This document shows, in pieces, positions 37,950-48,083 of a stretch of DNA of 64,000 nt. The notes under the pieces were generated by a model. It searched no databases. It saw only the letters and a program-made list of their open reading frames with translations, and was not told the origin of the DNA. Position numbers and translations under genes: made by a program. This DNA is from a virus. Its lineage: Duplodnaviria; Heunggongvirae; Uroviricota; Caudoviricetes. Numbering within the stretch: the stretch's first letter is position 1; every line of letters begins with the position of its first letter. The stretch lies in the IMG/VR virus record IMGVR_UViG_3300035515_000158; one strand, written 5' to 3'.

Positions 37950-38155
37950 TTTTTATAAATGTGAAGTTGAATTATTAAGATGATATAAACTACAACGGAT
38001 CCCCAAGAAAAGAGTGACATTATAAAGTGAAATATCAAATCACGTTGTATGTTTTTGAACCTAAGAGATGATTTTTTGTAATCACTCAATATGATATGGA
38101 TAGTATAAAGTCCAAGACAATATGCTACTAAAATACCTAAAATATATCCTATCAT
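37946..38155 (-). CDS. small membrane protein (69 aa)
   Basis: Two predicted TM helices; overlaps both neighbours by 4 nt. Confidence 0.4.
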   Translation of the reverse strand: MIGYILGILVAYCLGLYTIHIILSDYKKSSLRFKNIQRDLIFHFIMSLFSWGSVVVYIILIIQLHIYKN

Positions 38156-39426
38156 TTCTGGTTGAATTTGTTTCGTGCATATAACAGGAGGTCATTTACC
38201 ATATCAACAGAAATCTCATCAGGAATAACAGACTTAGATATTTCTTCATCCATTTGAGATTTAAGTTCTGTTAGTTTAGACATCAACTCATCATAAGTAT
38301 ATTTTCTATTTCTAACATCAAGGAGAAAATCAGCATCAATTCCTCTACGGTCAAGTTTAAGTCCTTCACCCTTAGCCACTTCAATGGCCATAGAAATCAG
38401 ACGGAAACAGTGACACATATTCTTAGCATCATAGAACTTCGCTGAGTTTTCTTTTTCGAGTCCTTCAAGGTTGTTTTCATACCGAGCTTTGTTACGGTTT
38501 TTCTTCCAATCCTCATACTCACGATATTTCTTACAATGTTGTCTATAACCATTTTCATTGTAAGACATATAACAAATAGGTGTAGAACCTTTTAATGTTT
38601 CTGAAAAACGGATTTCATTACTTGAACCCACATTAGAAATGATACCGCAGTGTTTACCAAAAGGAGTTTTAATTTTTTCATAAAGATTTTTCATTACCCA
38701 AGACCATTTCATTTCGGTCTGGTCAAATTTAGATGTTAAAGTTGTATATACATAGTTCAAGAATTTGTCATTACGATTTTTTTCGTCGGTGAAAAATTCT
38801 TTTGTGATACCATTTAGTTCAATGTGTTGACCAAAGTCATAGAACACATCAAACATATTAGGCATATTGGGCACATTTACCAATCCACAGTTACTTTGGT
38901 CAAGACCTCGTTCACTGAGCCAAGTTTGAATGTTTTGACTACCCTGTCCCTTAAAAGTATAACAAAAATCGAGGGGAGTCTTTCTAACCATCTTCTCAAT
39001 GTCCCAGTGAATTTTCTTATCTTGTCCCTGAGCCTTTTTAATCTGAGACACAGCATAACCACCAAAAGGCATGAAACATTGTTTGGTGATGAATTGGTCA
39101 CGATACTTTTTGATATTCGTAATGATGGGGTGTTCATACAAGACCTTATCATCAGGAACGAACAGGGCTTCCAATACAGTGGGGTTAGATGATAGGAGTA
39201 GTCTCATGAACTTACCTATCTCCCACCAACAGGTATCATGTTTCTCATCACAGATTTCATTCTGGTAATCAAAACCAAGGTCAAGAAGTTGATTTGAGGG
39301 AGCGATATAGATACCACCTTCATCAACGTCACTTGTTTCGACATTGGTACCATAGACCTGTGAACCCCTTATGTAACGATATAAGAGAAGTCCTTTATCT
39401 TCTATGTCTTTGAATGTTAGTTTCAT
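38152..39426 (-). CDS. Pol-beta-superfamily nucleotidyltransferase-domain protein (424 aa)
   Basis: N-terminal RGSQVYGTNVETSDVDEGGIY matches G-S-x9-13-D-x-D-E. Confidence 0.5.
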   Translation of the reverse strand: MKLTFKDIEDKGLLLYRYIRGSQVYGTNVETSDVDEGGIYIAPSNQLLDLGFDYQNEICDEKHDTCWWEIGKFMRLLLSSNPTVLEALFVPDDKVLYEHPIITNIKKYRDQFITKQCFMPFGGYAVSQIKKAQGQDKKIHWDIEKMVRKTPLDFCYTFKGQGSQNIQTWLSERGLDQSNCGLVNVPNMPNMFDVFYDFGQHIELNGITKEFFTDEKNRNDKFLNYVYTTLTSKFDQTEMKWSWVMKNLYEKIKTPFGKHCGIISNVGSSNEIRFSETLKGSTPICYMSYNENGYRQHCKKYREYEDWKKNRNKARYENNLEGLEKENSAKFYDAKNMCHCFRLISMAIEVAKGEGLKLDRRGIDADFLLDVRNRKYTYDELMSKLTELKSQMDEEISKSVIPDEISVDMVNDLLLYARNKFNQK

Positions 39427-39427
39427 T

Positions 39428-39604
39428 TTATTTCATCATTTTACGATTACCATTTTGGTCAACCTCATAGAGATTATACCATTCAATGTCCGGTTCATTC
39501 AAACCCCAAAACTTAACGAGGTCATCCTTTGTCATTTTTTTACCTGAGTAAGAGGGTTTGAGAAGGGTGTCATTAAAGACTTCTTTAACTTCGGCTTGAT
39601 ACAT
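39428..39604 (-). CDS. small protein (58 aa, MYQAEVKEVFNDTLLKPSYSGKK...)
   Basis: Unlisted ORF. Confidence 0.3.
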   Translation of the reverse strand: MYQAEVKEVFNDTLLKPSYSGKKMTKDDLVKFWGLNEPDIEWYNLYEVDQNGNRKMMK

Positions 39605-40199
39605 GATAGTTGTTGTTATAAAGTTTAGGGAATTTGTTTTCTAACTCGGTTTCGATTTGATTAATGTTCATCTGTGTTTCAACTTGTTTAATCATCCAAG
39701 GAACATAGTTTTCATCATAATCCTCTCTGTCTTTGAACTCTTTGAGAACCTTATCTGTTTTGAAATCTCTAATCGCCCAGTCTGATGTGATACCTGAACG
39801 ACCAGTTGAGAAGATTTCAAGATAACGAAGGTAACTATCTACCAACCAATCCCAACCAAGGACATTATATAGATACATAACCATCGGCCAGTTAAGTAAA
39901 ACCAAGTCTTCTTTCTCAATGATTTCTTCACTGACAAGATTTCCATATTGGTAACAACAATGTACATCAAGGAGATATACCATGCCTTTTACTTTATCAC
40001 CAAAATCTTCAGTGATTTTTACCAAACCCCAATCATATTCTTCACCCAAGTATTCTGAGGTGAGTCCTATGAAATCACCTTCCTCATTATTGTGGACAGT
40101 GAATAGGGGTGAACGGAGGGACTTTCTTGCATATTTACTAAGACACTTGGCCTTAACTATATACAATTTACCTAAGTAGTTGTGGTCGTAACTAAACAT
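39585..40199 (-). CDS. hypothetical protein (204 aa)
   Basis: Minus-strand ORF. Confidence 0.45.
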   Translation of the reverse strand: MFSYDHNYLGKLYIVKAKCLSKYARKSLRSPLFTVHNNEEGDFIGLTSEYLGEEYDWGLVKITEDFGDKVKGMVYLLDVHCCYQYGNLVSEEIIEKEDLVLLNWPMVMYLYNVLGWDWLVDSYLRYLEIFSTGRSGITSDWAIRDFKTDKVLKEFKDREDYDENYVPWMIKQVETQMNINQIETELENKFPKLYNNNYHVSSRS

Positions 40200-40211
40200 A
40201 TTCTTTAAGTT

Positions 40212-40514
40212 TTAGAAATAACTGGGATAATTGTCTGTTGAAATGATTTTTACATCATCTATTGAAATGTTAACATTAGATAATTGTGATTCTTGACCAT
40301 AATCACCAGTATATGACATTTCAATAGATAGATTATTTTTTAGATAATCTTTGATGTATCTATCCAAGAACTGACCGTTTAATGTTTTCCAGTTTTCATA
40401 TGCTGTGTCAAACTGGTCAAGTTTTTGGATGAGTTTAATATTTTCAGTTTTCAAATCAGTCATCTCATTGTTTAGACGTCTGATTTCATCTCGAAGTTCC
40501 TGTTTAGTTTCCAT
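40212..40514 (-). CDS. coiled-coil protein (100 aa), paralog of 31017..31334
   Basis: Protein similarity; downstream of a class-1 promoter. Confidence 0.45.
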   Translation of the reverse strand: METKQELRDEIRRLNNEMTDLKTENIKLIQKLDQFDTAYENWKTLNGQFLDRYIKDYLKNNLSIEMSYTGDYGQESQLSNVNISIDDVKIISTDNYPSYF

Positions 40515-40535
40515 TTTTAGTGGTGTTTATTAATT

Positions 40536-40605
40536 ACACTACAAAGATACAGGTTTTTTTTCAGTCCTCCAAATTTTAAGTGCTAAAAATTTGTTAAAGT
40601 TTTTG
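40536..40605 (-). promoter_or_regulatory. class-1 promoter element
   Basis: -7 at 40543-40550; -33 at 40571-40574. Confidence 0.65.
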
Positions 40606-40956
40606 GTTGTTTAGACTAATGTAAGGAAACTTTACTTCCATCACATTCGCAATAATCTCATTTACTTTGTCCTCCGGAAGTTTATCATCAACATATTTCT
40701 TCACTCCCTCTGAAATTTTAGTTGAGATTAAACTGTAAGCCTGTTCTTGAATTAATTGATTAATCATGTCATTCAAATGTTTATCCAGACTTGAAACAAT
40801 TTCTTCGTTCAATCCTGTTTCAATCCAACGATCAAGTTCCTGAGAAATCATCTGGTTCAACTCATCATTGAATTGATTTAGATGTTGTATCGTAAACTGA
40901 TGAAGATTTTGAACTTCCATTCTTAGTAGTGAATGGTTAGGTAACTCTTTTTCCAT
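40594..40956 (-). CDS. hypothetical protein (120 aa)
   Basis: Minus-strand ORF. Confidence 0.45.
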   Translation of the reverse strand: MEKELPNHSLLRMEVQNLHQFTIQHLNQFNDELNQMISQELDRWIETGLNEEIVSSLDKHLNDMINQLIQEQAYSLISTKISEGVKKYVDDKLPEDKVNEIIANVMEVKFPYISLNNQKL

Positions 40957-40971
40957 ATCTATGTTATTTTA

Positions 40972-42417
40972 TTAATTTATATGATTCGTCAAAATTGCCA
41001 CGAAATCTTTCGCTCGTGTTAGACCTACATATCTTAGTTGTCTTTGTATTTTTTCATCACCACACTTATTTGAAATGTCGATATCATTCAATAGTACATT
41101 TCCAAAAGTACAACCTTGTGATTTGTGGATAGTGTGAACATAACCAAAATCAACTACCTTAGCTTGTAATAGGTTTCCATATTGGTCATATATATTATCA
41201 TTTACAAACAATAACTCATCCAGTGCTTTGATACGTTTCAACACCATTCCTTTTTGGATAGGTGTTTCACAATCTTTATATCTTCGCCACTGTTCAACTT
41301 TCTCATAACATACAATTTTACAAGCCTCATAATTGACAGGATTATTTCTCACATCTATATAAGGTATTTCCAAAGGTGTTCCTATCGCATCTGAAATATA
41401 CATATCTGTTATTGTAAGTTCCAAGTCACCACAATATGAATGAATTAAATCCTTTACTCTTTCTTTACGTTCTGATATTATTTCATCAACAGTATAACTT
41501 TCAGAGTTAAGGAAACGATAAGTTCCATTGTGATAACCCCAATTACTATAAGACATTAATGGTTCACCCGGTTCAGGAATTAGACCATATCCAAGTTTTT
41601 TTCTAATCACTGAGTTTAGTTTTTCAACATTATTATTTGTGTATGTCAAAATTCTAAAATAATTAGGGTCTGTTTTTAGTCCATCAATATACTTATCAAT
41701 AATTTCTATTAGTTCATTTCCTGTGGTTATATATCTGACACCTTTATCTCCCTCATACTTAGATGAATATGATAGTTCTCCTTCTATTCTCACTTTGGTT
41801 GCTTCTTCCAAAATAGGGACATCATCAGTTCTCTCTACTTTTGTGAGTTCGATGTTTTTATTCTTATCTCTAAATACAATAGAAATATCACCTTCATTCA
41901 CAGGAGCTAACTGGGCAGGATCACCAATGAAAATAATCTTACAACCATGTGCTTCACTTTTTTCAATGACATCTTTATAATTATCTTCAGACAACATAGA
42001 CGCCTCATCAATAATTATAATACTATGGTCTCGGATTTCATCTTTGTCAGCATATGTTCTTTTCTTTTTGGAAGCGTCAAACTCATTACCATCAAGGTCA
42101 TATTCAATCATAATACCAAATAGAGAGTTGACTGTATATACTTTCTTACCCACTTTTGATTTTAAGACCGCCGCCGCCTTGTGTGTAGTCGCCGCGAATA
42201 GGATAGGTCGATATGTCCAGTAACGAGCATAGACAATTTCCATCATAGTCGTTTTACCTGTTCCAGCCCATCCCATTATTGTGAGCACTCGATTATCAGG
42301 ATTGTTGTCTTTTATGAATTTGTCAACCTCATCAAGTGCATCTAATTGTTGGTCATTTAATTTGAAAGGTAACTTAATGGAAAAATCTCCTATTGTGTTC
42401 AGATATGTTTTGCTCAT
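40972..42417 (-). CDS. SF1 Dda/RecD-like DNA helicase (481 aa)
   Basis: Walker A IMGWAGTGKTT; motif Ia ATTHKAAAVL; Walker B IIIDEASML. Confidence 0.8.
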   Translation of the reverse strand: MSKTYLNTIGDFSIKLPFKLNDQQLDALDEVDKFIKDNNPDNRVLTIMGWAGTGKTTMMEIVYARYWTYRPILFAATTHKAAAVLKSKVGKKVYTVNSLFGIMIEYDLDGNEFDASKKKRTYADKDEIRDHSIIIIDEASMLSEDNYKDVIEKSEAHGCKIIFIGDPAQLAPVNEGDISIVFRDKNKNIELTKVERTDDVPILEEATKVRIEGELSYSSKYEGDKGVRYITTGNELIEIIDKYIDGLKTDPNYFRILTYTNNNVEKLNSVIRKKLGYGLIPEPGEPLMSYSNWGYHNGTYRFLNSESYTVDEIISERKERVKDLIHSYCGDLELTITDMYISDAIGTPLEIPYIDVRNNPVNYEACKIVCYEKVEQWRRYKDCETPIQKGMVLKRIKALDELLFVNDNIYDQYGNLLQAKVVDFGYVHTIHKSQGCTFGNVLLNDIDISNKCGDEKIQRQLRYVGLTRAKDFVAILTNHIN

Positions 42418-42773
42418 TGTTTCTCAAAATAAAATAAACCATCCCACTCCAACTCTGTTACCATGTTGTATTTCTCAGCAAGACGGTAAATAAATGGTTG
42501 TTTAACTCTTGACATCAGGGTTTTCAATTTGTTCCTAAACCCTTCTATTGTCAGTACATCTTTATAATAGTTACATTGACGACAAGAAGGCATCAGGTTG
42601 TCTATATCATTCAAATCTATATCTTCTTTTTTCCAATATGAACGATATACTGAAACAACATGGTCAACTTGCATATCTTTCATCTCCAACTCACATCCAC
42701 AATATGCACAGTGACCGTTGTATTTTTTATAAACTTCCTCCCTGAGTTTTTTACTTATCGGTTTTCTTTTCAT
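42414..42773 (-). CDS. HNH endonuclease (119 aa)
   Basis: CAYCGC ... DHVVSV ... NLMPSCRQCN. Confidence 0.75.
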   Translation of the reverse strand: MKRKPISKKLREEVYKKYNGHCAYCGCELEMKDMQVDHVVSVYRSYWKKEDIDLNDIDNLMPSCRQCNYYKDVLTIEGFRNKLKTLMSRVKQPFIYRLAEKYNMVTELEWDGLFYFEKQ

Positions 42774-42826
42774 AACTTCTTAAAAATTAGAAAGTTGAAT
42801 CATTTTCAGTTCAACTTTCTATTGTA

Positions 42827-43297
42827 TTATCGTCGGCCTCTACCACCGTTATTATGTTGTTGTGTATTCGGTTTCCCCTGTGGTCGGTTGTTAGATTTAT
42901 TTTGTCTAACTTGTGGTCGGTTGTTGTGTCGAGGTTGTGTTCTATATTTAGGTTGGTATCCACGAGGCCTATCATAATAATGGTGTCGTGAATGATTGTA
43001 GAAAATCCATCTCTTTACTGGGACAAAATTCCTAATAAAAATACCACTTTGATTATATAGACCTACCTCAATACCACAAGGTAGAAGTTCCCAATACACA
43101 TTACTTGGAATAGTTCCCACAATGTGATATGAATAAAACCCATCATTCACAAAGGCCGGGTCATTGATAAGTCCGGTGATGACATAATCATAATAAACTG
43201 GTCGATAATCACTGTCAACACTCTGAGCCACCACACATGATGTCAGTCCAATAAAAGACATCAATAGACAAACTATGAATTTTCGCATTGTCTTCAT
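42827..43297 (-). CDS. lipoprotein with a basic Arg/Gln/Asn-rich C-terminal tail (156 aa)
   Basis: Lipobox LTSC; tail PRGYQPKYRTQPRHNNRPQVRQNKSNNRPQGKPNTQQHNNGGRGRR. Confidence 0.5.
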   Translation of the reverse strand: MKTMRKFIVCLLMSFIGLTSCVVAQSVDSDYRPVYYDYVITGLINDPAFVNDGFYSYHIVGTIPSNVYWELLPCGIEVGLYNQSGIFIRNFVPVKRWIFYNHSRHHYYDRPRGYQPKYRTQPRHNNRPQVRQNKSNNRPQGKPNTQQHNNGGRGRR

Positions 43298-44067
43298 TTA
43301 TTTAACCATTTATTTTTTAAGTCTTCTCTGTTTTCTTTGTTAGCAATCTCATAAGAAACAATATCCCATACACTTCTGGTATATTCCTGTCCTTCTGGGT
43401 TTACTTTAACTACTTGTGATTTGTAGATGAAACGACCAAACTTTTTATCATCAGAAACCAAATTCCAATCATTTCCAGTCTGTTCCAAACACAACTTAAC
43501 TTGTTCATCTGAATTGTGTCCTCTCAGGGTGTTGTGTGAGAGATATGTCTGACAAAACTGATTCTTTGAGTTCTTAATACAATCTATCTGACGGTATAAG
43601 AACCAAGCTAACATATCATTCTCATTAGGAACAACCCATACCTTACAGTCGAACACATAATCTTTCATTTCAAAGATGTGGTCAAATCTGGGGACAAGTT
43701 TCAACTCATATTCAATCATCAACTTTGTGAAGTATGATGTTGCAATAGAGGGAATGATGGACAAAAGTTTACACATTCTACCATCAAAGGGTACACAGGT
43801 TTCATTAGTGTCTCGAATGACAAGACTAATTTCATCTGATTGAACAAAAGCACCTACACAATTTTGGATATTCTTACATAGATACTTCGCAGTTTTATTC
43901 ATCATCTCAATAAACTGCTCATCAAATGGTTTCTCAAATTTGTTTTTGATTAATGTGGAAAAATTCTTACCATCAATCATAACCATAATGTAACCATTTG
44001 GAAGAAGTCGATAATCAGTCAGACTTCTGTAATACTCACATTTTTCTTTTAGGGTTCGGAAAATCAT
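43294..44067 (-). CDS. Thg1-like tRNA 3'-5' nucleotidyltransferase (tRNA-His guanylyltransferase family; 257 aa)
   Basis: VMIDGKNFS ... FEKPFDE ... GAFVQSDEISLV matches the Thg1 catalytic motifs. Confidence 0.75.
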   Translation of the reverse strand: MIFRTLKEKCEYYRSLTDYRLLPNGYIMVMIDGKNFSTLIKNKFEKPFDEQFIEMMNKTAKYLCKNIQNCVGAFVQSDEISLVIRDTNETCVPFDGRMCKLLSIIPSIATSYFTKLMIEYELKLVPRFDHIFEMKDYVFDCKVWVVPNENDMLAWFLYRQIDCIKNSKNQFCQTYLSHNTLRGHNSDEQVKLCLEQTGNDWNLVSDDKKFGRFIYKSQVVKVNPEGQEYTRSVWDIVSYEIANKENREDLKNKWLNK

Positions 44068-44147
44068 AACAATTAATTTTGAATTTCACTATAAAAATAA
44101 CAAACTCAGACAAGTTTAAGTTAACATTGACTGAGTTTTTACAATTT

Positions 44148-45281
44148 TTAGTAATTCATTATCATTATGTGTGTGACGTTCGTGTCATTTCTACCCATAA
44201 AATTGACTTGGTATTTCTTGTCAAACGTCACAATCCTGATTCCGGGTTTGTTATACAGGTCATAAATAAAATCTGTATATTTAATATCTACCATCCACTT
44301 AGCTTTACATTCATTGATAAGATAGTTCGCTAATCTAATTTGGTCATCCTTTGTAAATTCATTCTGGGCATAAGTGGAGAAGGTACTGTCATAAGGAGGA
44401 TCCAAGAATATAAAATCATTCTCGGTTGGATTACATTTCTTCAAAAATTCCTCAAAGTCAAGATTGAATATAGAGGTCTTATTGAAATGTTCCATCACCT
44501 CATCTGACTTGTAATAATTAGTTTTACTTGATAATGATTTTTTATTATATCCCATTCCTCCATAGGGTACATTAAATTCACCATTGTCATTATACCTAAA
44601 CATCCCTGAGTAAGCATAGTTCCTAATAAAAAAATACAAGGCACAGTGGAGAGTTCTATCTTGTTTAGTTAGTTTCTCATCATTATACAAAGTTCGATAA
44701 GTCATATACAGAGCAGAGTGAATGGCGGTTTGTATATTATCATCAGCCATCATTAGGTCAAGTTCAGTATTATTCTCATCCAACTTTTTCATTCGTTTCA
44801 TCTTGCGAAATAAATTCGTTTTGAGTTCTTGAATAAAAGTCCAATTAGTTTTCTTAAATGAATCAGGACAGATACAATCAATATTATCTTTATAGTCTTC
44901 ACAATAAGCATCAATCATATCTTTTACTCTACTCTCACGAATGACATCTTTCCAGAATATTGAGTATATACCATCAACTAAGTATTTTTTGGATGTGAGA
45001 AATAAATGTTTTACTAACCCCCAAGACTTAATAATATCTCCAACATACTCAAAGAATTGATTATCAGAGGTTTTAATACATTTATATAGGTCTGTCAATT
45101 CCCACGAAAAGTCATTGATATAGTATTCATTGGCTTCTACACCCATGAATACAGAACCTCCACCCACAAATGGTTCAAAGTATCTATCAAATTCAGGGAG
45201 GTTGGGAATGATATATGGTAATTCTTTTTCTTTACCACCAGTATATTTAATTATAGGTGATAGTCCGGTACTTCTTTCCAT
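44148..45281 (-). CDS. Dam-type N6-adenine DNA methyltransferase (377 aa)
   Basis: IIKYTGGKEKELPYIIPNLP ... YFEPFVGGGSVF (motif I) and FIFLDPPY (DPPY, motif IV). Confidence 0.8.
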   Translation of the reverse strand: MERSTGLSPIIKYTGGKEKELPYIIPNLPEFDRYFEPFVGGGSVFMGVEANEYYINDFSWELTDLYKCIKTSDNQFFEYVGDIIKSWGLVKHLFLTSKKYLVDGIYSIFWKDVIRESRVKDMIDAYCEDYKDNIDCICPDSFKKTNWTFIQELKTNLFRKMKRMKKLDENNTELDLMMADDNIQTAIHSALYMTYRTLYNDEKLTKQDRTLHCALYFFIRNYAYSGMFRYNDNGEFNVPYGGMGYNKKSLSSKTNYYKSDEVMEHFNKTSIFNLDFEEFLKKCNPTENDFIFLDPPYDSTFSTYAQNEFTKDDQIRLANYLINECKAKWMVDIKYTDFIYDLYNKPGIRIVTFDKKYQVNFMGRNDTNVTHIMIMNY

Positions 45282-45282
45282 A

Positions 45283-45870
45283 TTACAAATGATGCCAGTG
45301 TTTTCTACAAACTGATTTATATGTTACATTACCTTGTTCGATTTCTACACTCGGACCTCCATATTCGATTTCACCATTGACAAATCTAATATGACAAATA
45401 GCTTTTCCATCACATCTATCAATCTCACAAGGGGTATCAATCTCAATAAATTCATCAGCAAGTGCCAATAAATGTTTACTCCCTTCAAATAACTCACCAT
45501 TAATGTCAGTTTTTAGACCATAACAAAAGACATCAATACCTCTAATGTCGGCAATATCACATAGAGTTAACACATCTTCTCTTGTCAAAAACTGAGCTTC
45601 ATCAACAAAAAGAACCCCAAAATCAAGTAATGATAAGGATTCTCTAAGGTCTTCAAAATAATATGTGGGTTCTTCATTTTTCGTAATTCGTGATTTCGTT
45701 ACACCCCAACCAATGAATTTAGTGTCATTCCCAGTTGTTTCTCTGGTGTCAACACATGGTTTTACAATAATTGGATTTTTTCTTCGTCGTTTGTATGAAT
45801 CAAATTGGGTTAACATTTTAGATGTCTTACCTGAACCCATACAACCATAATTAAATACTATCTTACCCAT
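45283..45870 (-). CDS. tdk: thymidine kinase (start moved to the first ATG, MGKIVFNYG; the listed 45882 start is TTG)
   Basis: P-loop FNYGCMGSGKTSK; C-terminal zinc-ribbon CEIDRC ... CHIRF. Confidence 0.85.
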   Translation of the reverse strand: MGKIVFNYGCMGSGKTSKMLTQFDSYKRRRKNPIIVKPCVDTRETTGNDTKFIGWGVTKSRITKNEEPTYYFEDLRESLSLLDFGVLFVDEAQFLTREDVLTLCDIADIRGIDVFCYGLKTDINGELFEGSKHLLALADEFIEIDTPCEIDRCDGKAICHIRFVNGEIEYGGPSVEIEQGNVTYKSVCRKHWHHL

Positions 45871-46027
45871 TCGTTTCTTCAATTTCTTTTTTAATGTAAT
45901 ATGTCAATCCCCATACATTGTCATAGGTCACTCCACACAGTTCCCACCCCTGTCTACCAAGTGTGTTCAACTGGGCTTCTGAAACCTCCTTGTTGGTTCT
46001 AACTATTTTGTACTTATATCTTTTCAT
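45863..46027 (-). CDS. small protein (54 aa, MKRYKYKIVRTNKEV ... GRQGWEL ...)
   Basis: Unlisted ORF overlapping the tdk start by 8 nt. Confidence 0.35.
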   Translation of the reverse strand: MKRYKYKIVRTNKEVSEAQLNTLGRQGWELCGVTYDNVWGLTYYIKKEIEETNG

Positions 46028-46196
46028 AACCTAAACATAACAAAAAAGAGAGAGGTCATGCGACCCCTCTCATGTTAAATTTTCTCAACCATCCAGTCAA
46101 TCCAATCATCAAGTGAAAACAGGTAGTTCTCCGCTGACTCTAAATCATAAAACTTCCCAAAACTACCTAAACCATAAACATTTACTAAGGTATACA

Positions 46197-46418
46197 TCAC
46201 CAACAACTAACATCAGTAATGTCCTTTTCAACATTACAGTAAACACATCCGATTAAGACTGATGAACCAAGACCTCCGGGAATGAACTTATAATAGTAAT
46301 GTTCACCTGTTGCGGGGAGGTTTCCATTAGCGAAGGAATGAGGACACACTTTCTTATGTTCCTCCATAAAGGCCAACGCTTCCTTTTCTTCTTCGTCGTT
46401 TAATTCAAAAGTCATCAT
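46197..46418 (-). CDS. hypothetical Cys-containing protein (73 aa)
   Basis: Minus-strand ORF. Confidence 0.4.
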   Translation of the reverse strand: MMTFELNDEEEKEALAFMEEHKKVCPHSFANGNLPATGEHYYYKFIPGGLGSSVLIGCVYCNVEKDITDVSCW

Positions 46419-46420
46419 AA

Positions 46421-47563
46421 TTAATATCCTATTGTTGAACCTTCATATGTACGGTTCAACTGATTATTCACTTTATAGAACACACAACACTTAGGTATAT
46501 CTTTAAGTTTTGTTGCTCCTATATATGTCATTGTACTTCTCAATCCACCAAGAAATTCCTCATTTACATCATCAACTGAACCTACATATGGTACCAAACT
46601 AACACGGCCTTCACTGGCTCGATACTTACGTTTTCCATCACCAAATTTTTCCTGAGCCAGTGATGAACTCATACCATAGAACAACTTGAACTTTTTGGTT
46701 TCATATACTTTTTCATGATTAACTACACCCATGACATAATTAACCACCTCTGTTGTTCGTTCATTTGTGAGGTATGTCTTTTCAACTATTTCTCCATCAG
46801 CTTCCGTTGTTCCAGCATACAAACTACCAATCATGATAAAATCCGCACCTGCTCCAAAAGCCTTACCAATATCACCCGGACAAGTAATTCCACCATCAGA
46901 ACAACACATACCCCCCACTTGGTGAGCCGCATCCGCACATTCTATGATAGTTGATAATTGAGGGCGACCTACACCAGTTTGTTTTCTCGTGATACATTGT
47001 CCACCACCACCAATTCCAGCTTTGATTATGTCAGCTCCCGAAAGGATAAGGTCTTCAACAATATCACCAGTAACAACATTACCAACCATCAAAAGACAAT
47101 TAGGATATACCTTACGAATATCAATGACCAGTTGTTTTACCTGTGGAATATAACCATTAGGGACATCAATACAAATGGACATACTATAGTCTTTACCACT
47201 GAAAACTTCTTCATTCAGTTGTTTCAGTTTATCAACACCATTGTCTTTTAGTCCAATAGAAATAAATGTTCGTTTTCGTTCATCGTCAGACAAACTCTTG
47301 AAGAAGTCAATAAGGTCATTAACTTCATGGTGTTTATGCAGACAGGCAAACAAACCAACTTTTAACATCTTCCTCGTCACATCAAAGTTACCGATTGTAC
47401 CCATATTAGCCTGCATTATACCAGTTCCTTTAATCGTATAAGGACACCATTTGAATTTATACTCTCGTGTTATATCTGCATCTTTACGACTGGCGATAGT
47501 GGAACGACGAGGCTTAATCAAAACATCTGAAAAGTCTAACTCTGTTTTTTCTAATATCTGCAT
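46421..47563 (-). CDS. IMPDH/GMP-reductase-family enzyme without a CBS insert (380 aa); most likely GMP reductase
   Basis: Catalytic loop GIGGGGQCITRKQTGVGRPQ matches the IMPDH/GMPR signature GIGPGSICTTR ... GVG-x-PQ. Confidence 0.8.
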   Translation of the reverse strand: MQILEKTELDFSDVLIKPRRSTIASRKDADITREYKFKWCPYTIKGTGIMQANMGTIGNFDVTRKMLKVGLFACLHKHHEVNDLIDFFKSLSDDERKRTFISIGLKDNGVDKLKQLNEEVFSGKDYSMSICIDVPNGYIPQVKQLVIDIRKVYPNCLLMVGNVVTGDIVEDLILSGADIIKAGIGGGGQCITRKQTGVGRPQLSTIIECADAAHQVGGMCCSDGGITCPGDIGKAFGAGADFIMIGSLYAGTTEADGEIVEKTYLTNERTTEVVNYVMGVVNHEKVYETKKFKLFYGMSSSLAQEKFGDGKRKYRASEGRVSLVPYVGSVDDVNEEFLGGLRSTMTYIGATKLKDIPKCCVFYKVNNQLNRTYEGSTIGY

Positions 47564-47582
47564 TTTTATTTTATTTTAGGAT

Positions 47583-48056
47583 TTACTTTTTACCACCAGA
47601 ATAACCATGATCGATTACATCTTCAATGGCTTCTGTTTCTTCAATCTCAAACTGACCAAGACGATATGATGAAAAGTAGAATAGGTCACTTACTTCATCA
47701 AAAATTCCACTAATTTCTCTAAGACAATTAGTCGCCTTGATATATGCCTTACGTTTAGCTCGACTCATTGCGATACGATAACCTGTGACATCATTGTTCT
47801 CATCATCAGGAGAAAGAGTTGCCACACCTGTTGACTTAGCTTTCCAAATATTCTTCTTGAAATCTCTCTTATACCCATACTTAGTCAGGATTGTTGCAAT
47901 GGGTTCAGGAAGTGTTTTCAAACCAAGATTTTCCAACTCAGCTTCCAGTTTTGTGAATTTGAAACCAGACCATACCGATACAATAGTCCGATTTTCTACA
48001 GTCTTTTTGGAAATACTCGTGTCATCAAAAGTGAGCTTTATAAATTTATTATCCAT
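47583..48056 (-). CDS. hypothetical protein (listed to 48122, but the N-terminal extension is just the translated class-2 motif; start likely at MDNKFIKL)
   Basis: A class-2 motif copy lies at 48084-48101, inside the listed N-terminus. Confidence 0.45.
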   Translation of the reverse strand: MDNKFIKLTFDDTSISKKTVENRTIVSVWSGFKFTKLEAELENLGLKTLPEPIATILTKYGYKRDFKKNIWKAKSTGVATLSPDDENNDVTGYRIAMSRAKRKAYIKATNCLREISGIFDEVSDLFYFSSYRLGQFEIEETEAIEDVIDHGYSGGKK

Positions 48057-48083
48057 ATCTTTATAAGTATTAATTATTAAATT

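Noticed and set aside
45871-45882. Listed start of thymidine kinase at 45882
   Set aside because: The codon there is TTG. The first ATG (MGKIVF...) lies 4 codons downstream and directly precedes the P-loop, so the start was moved to 45870.
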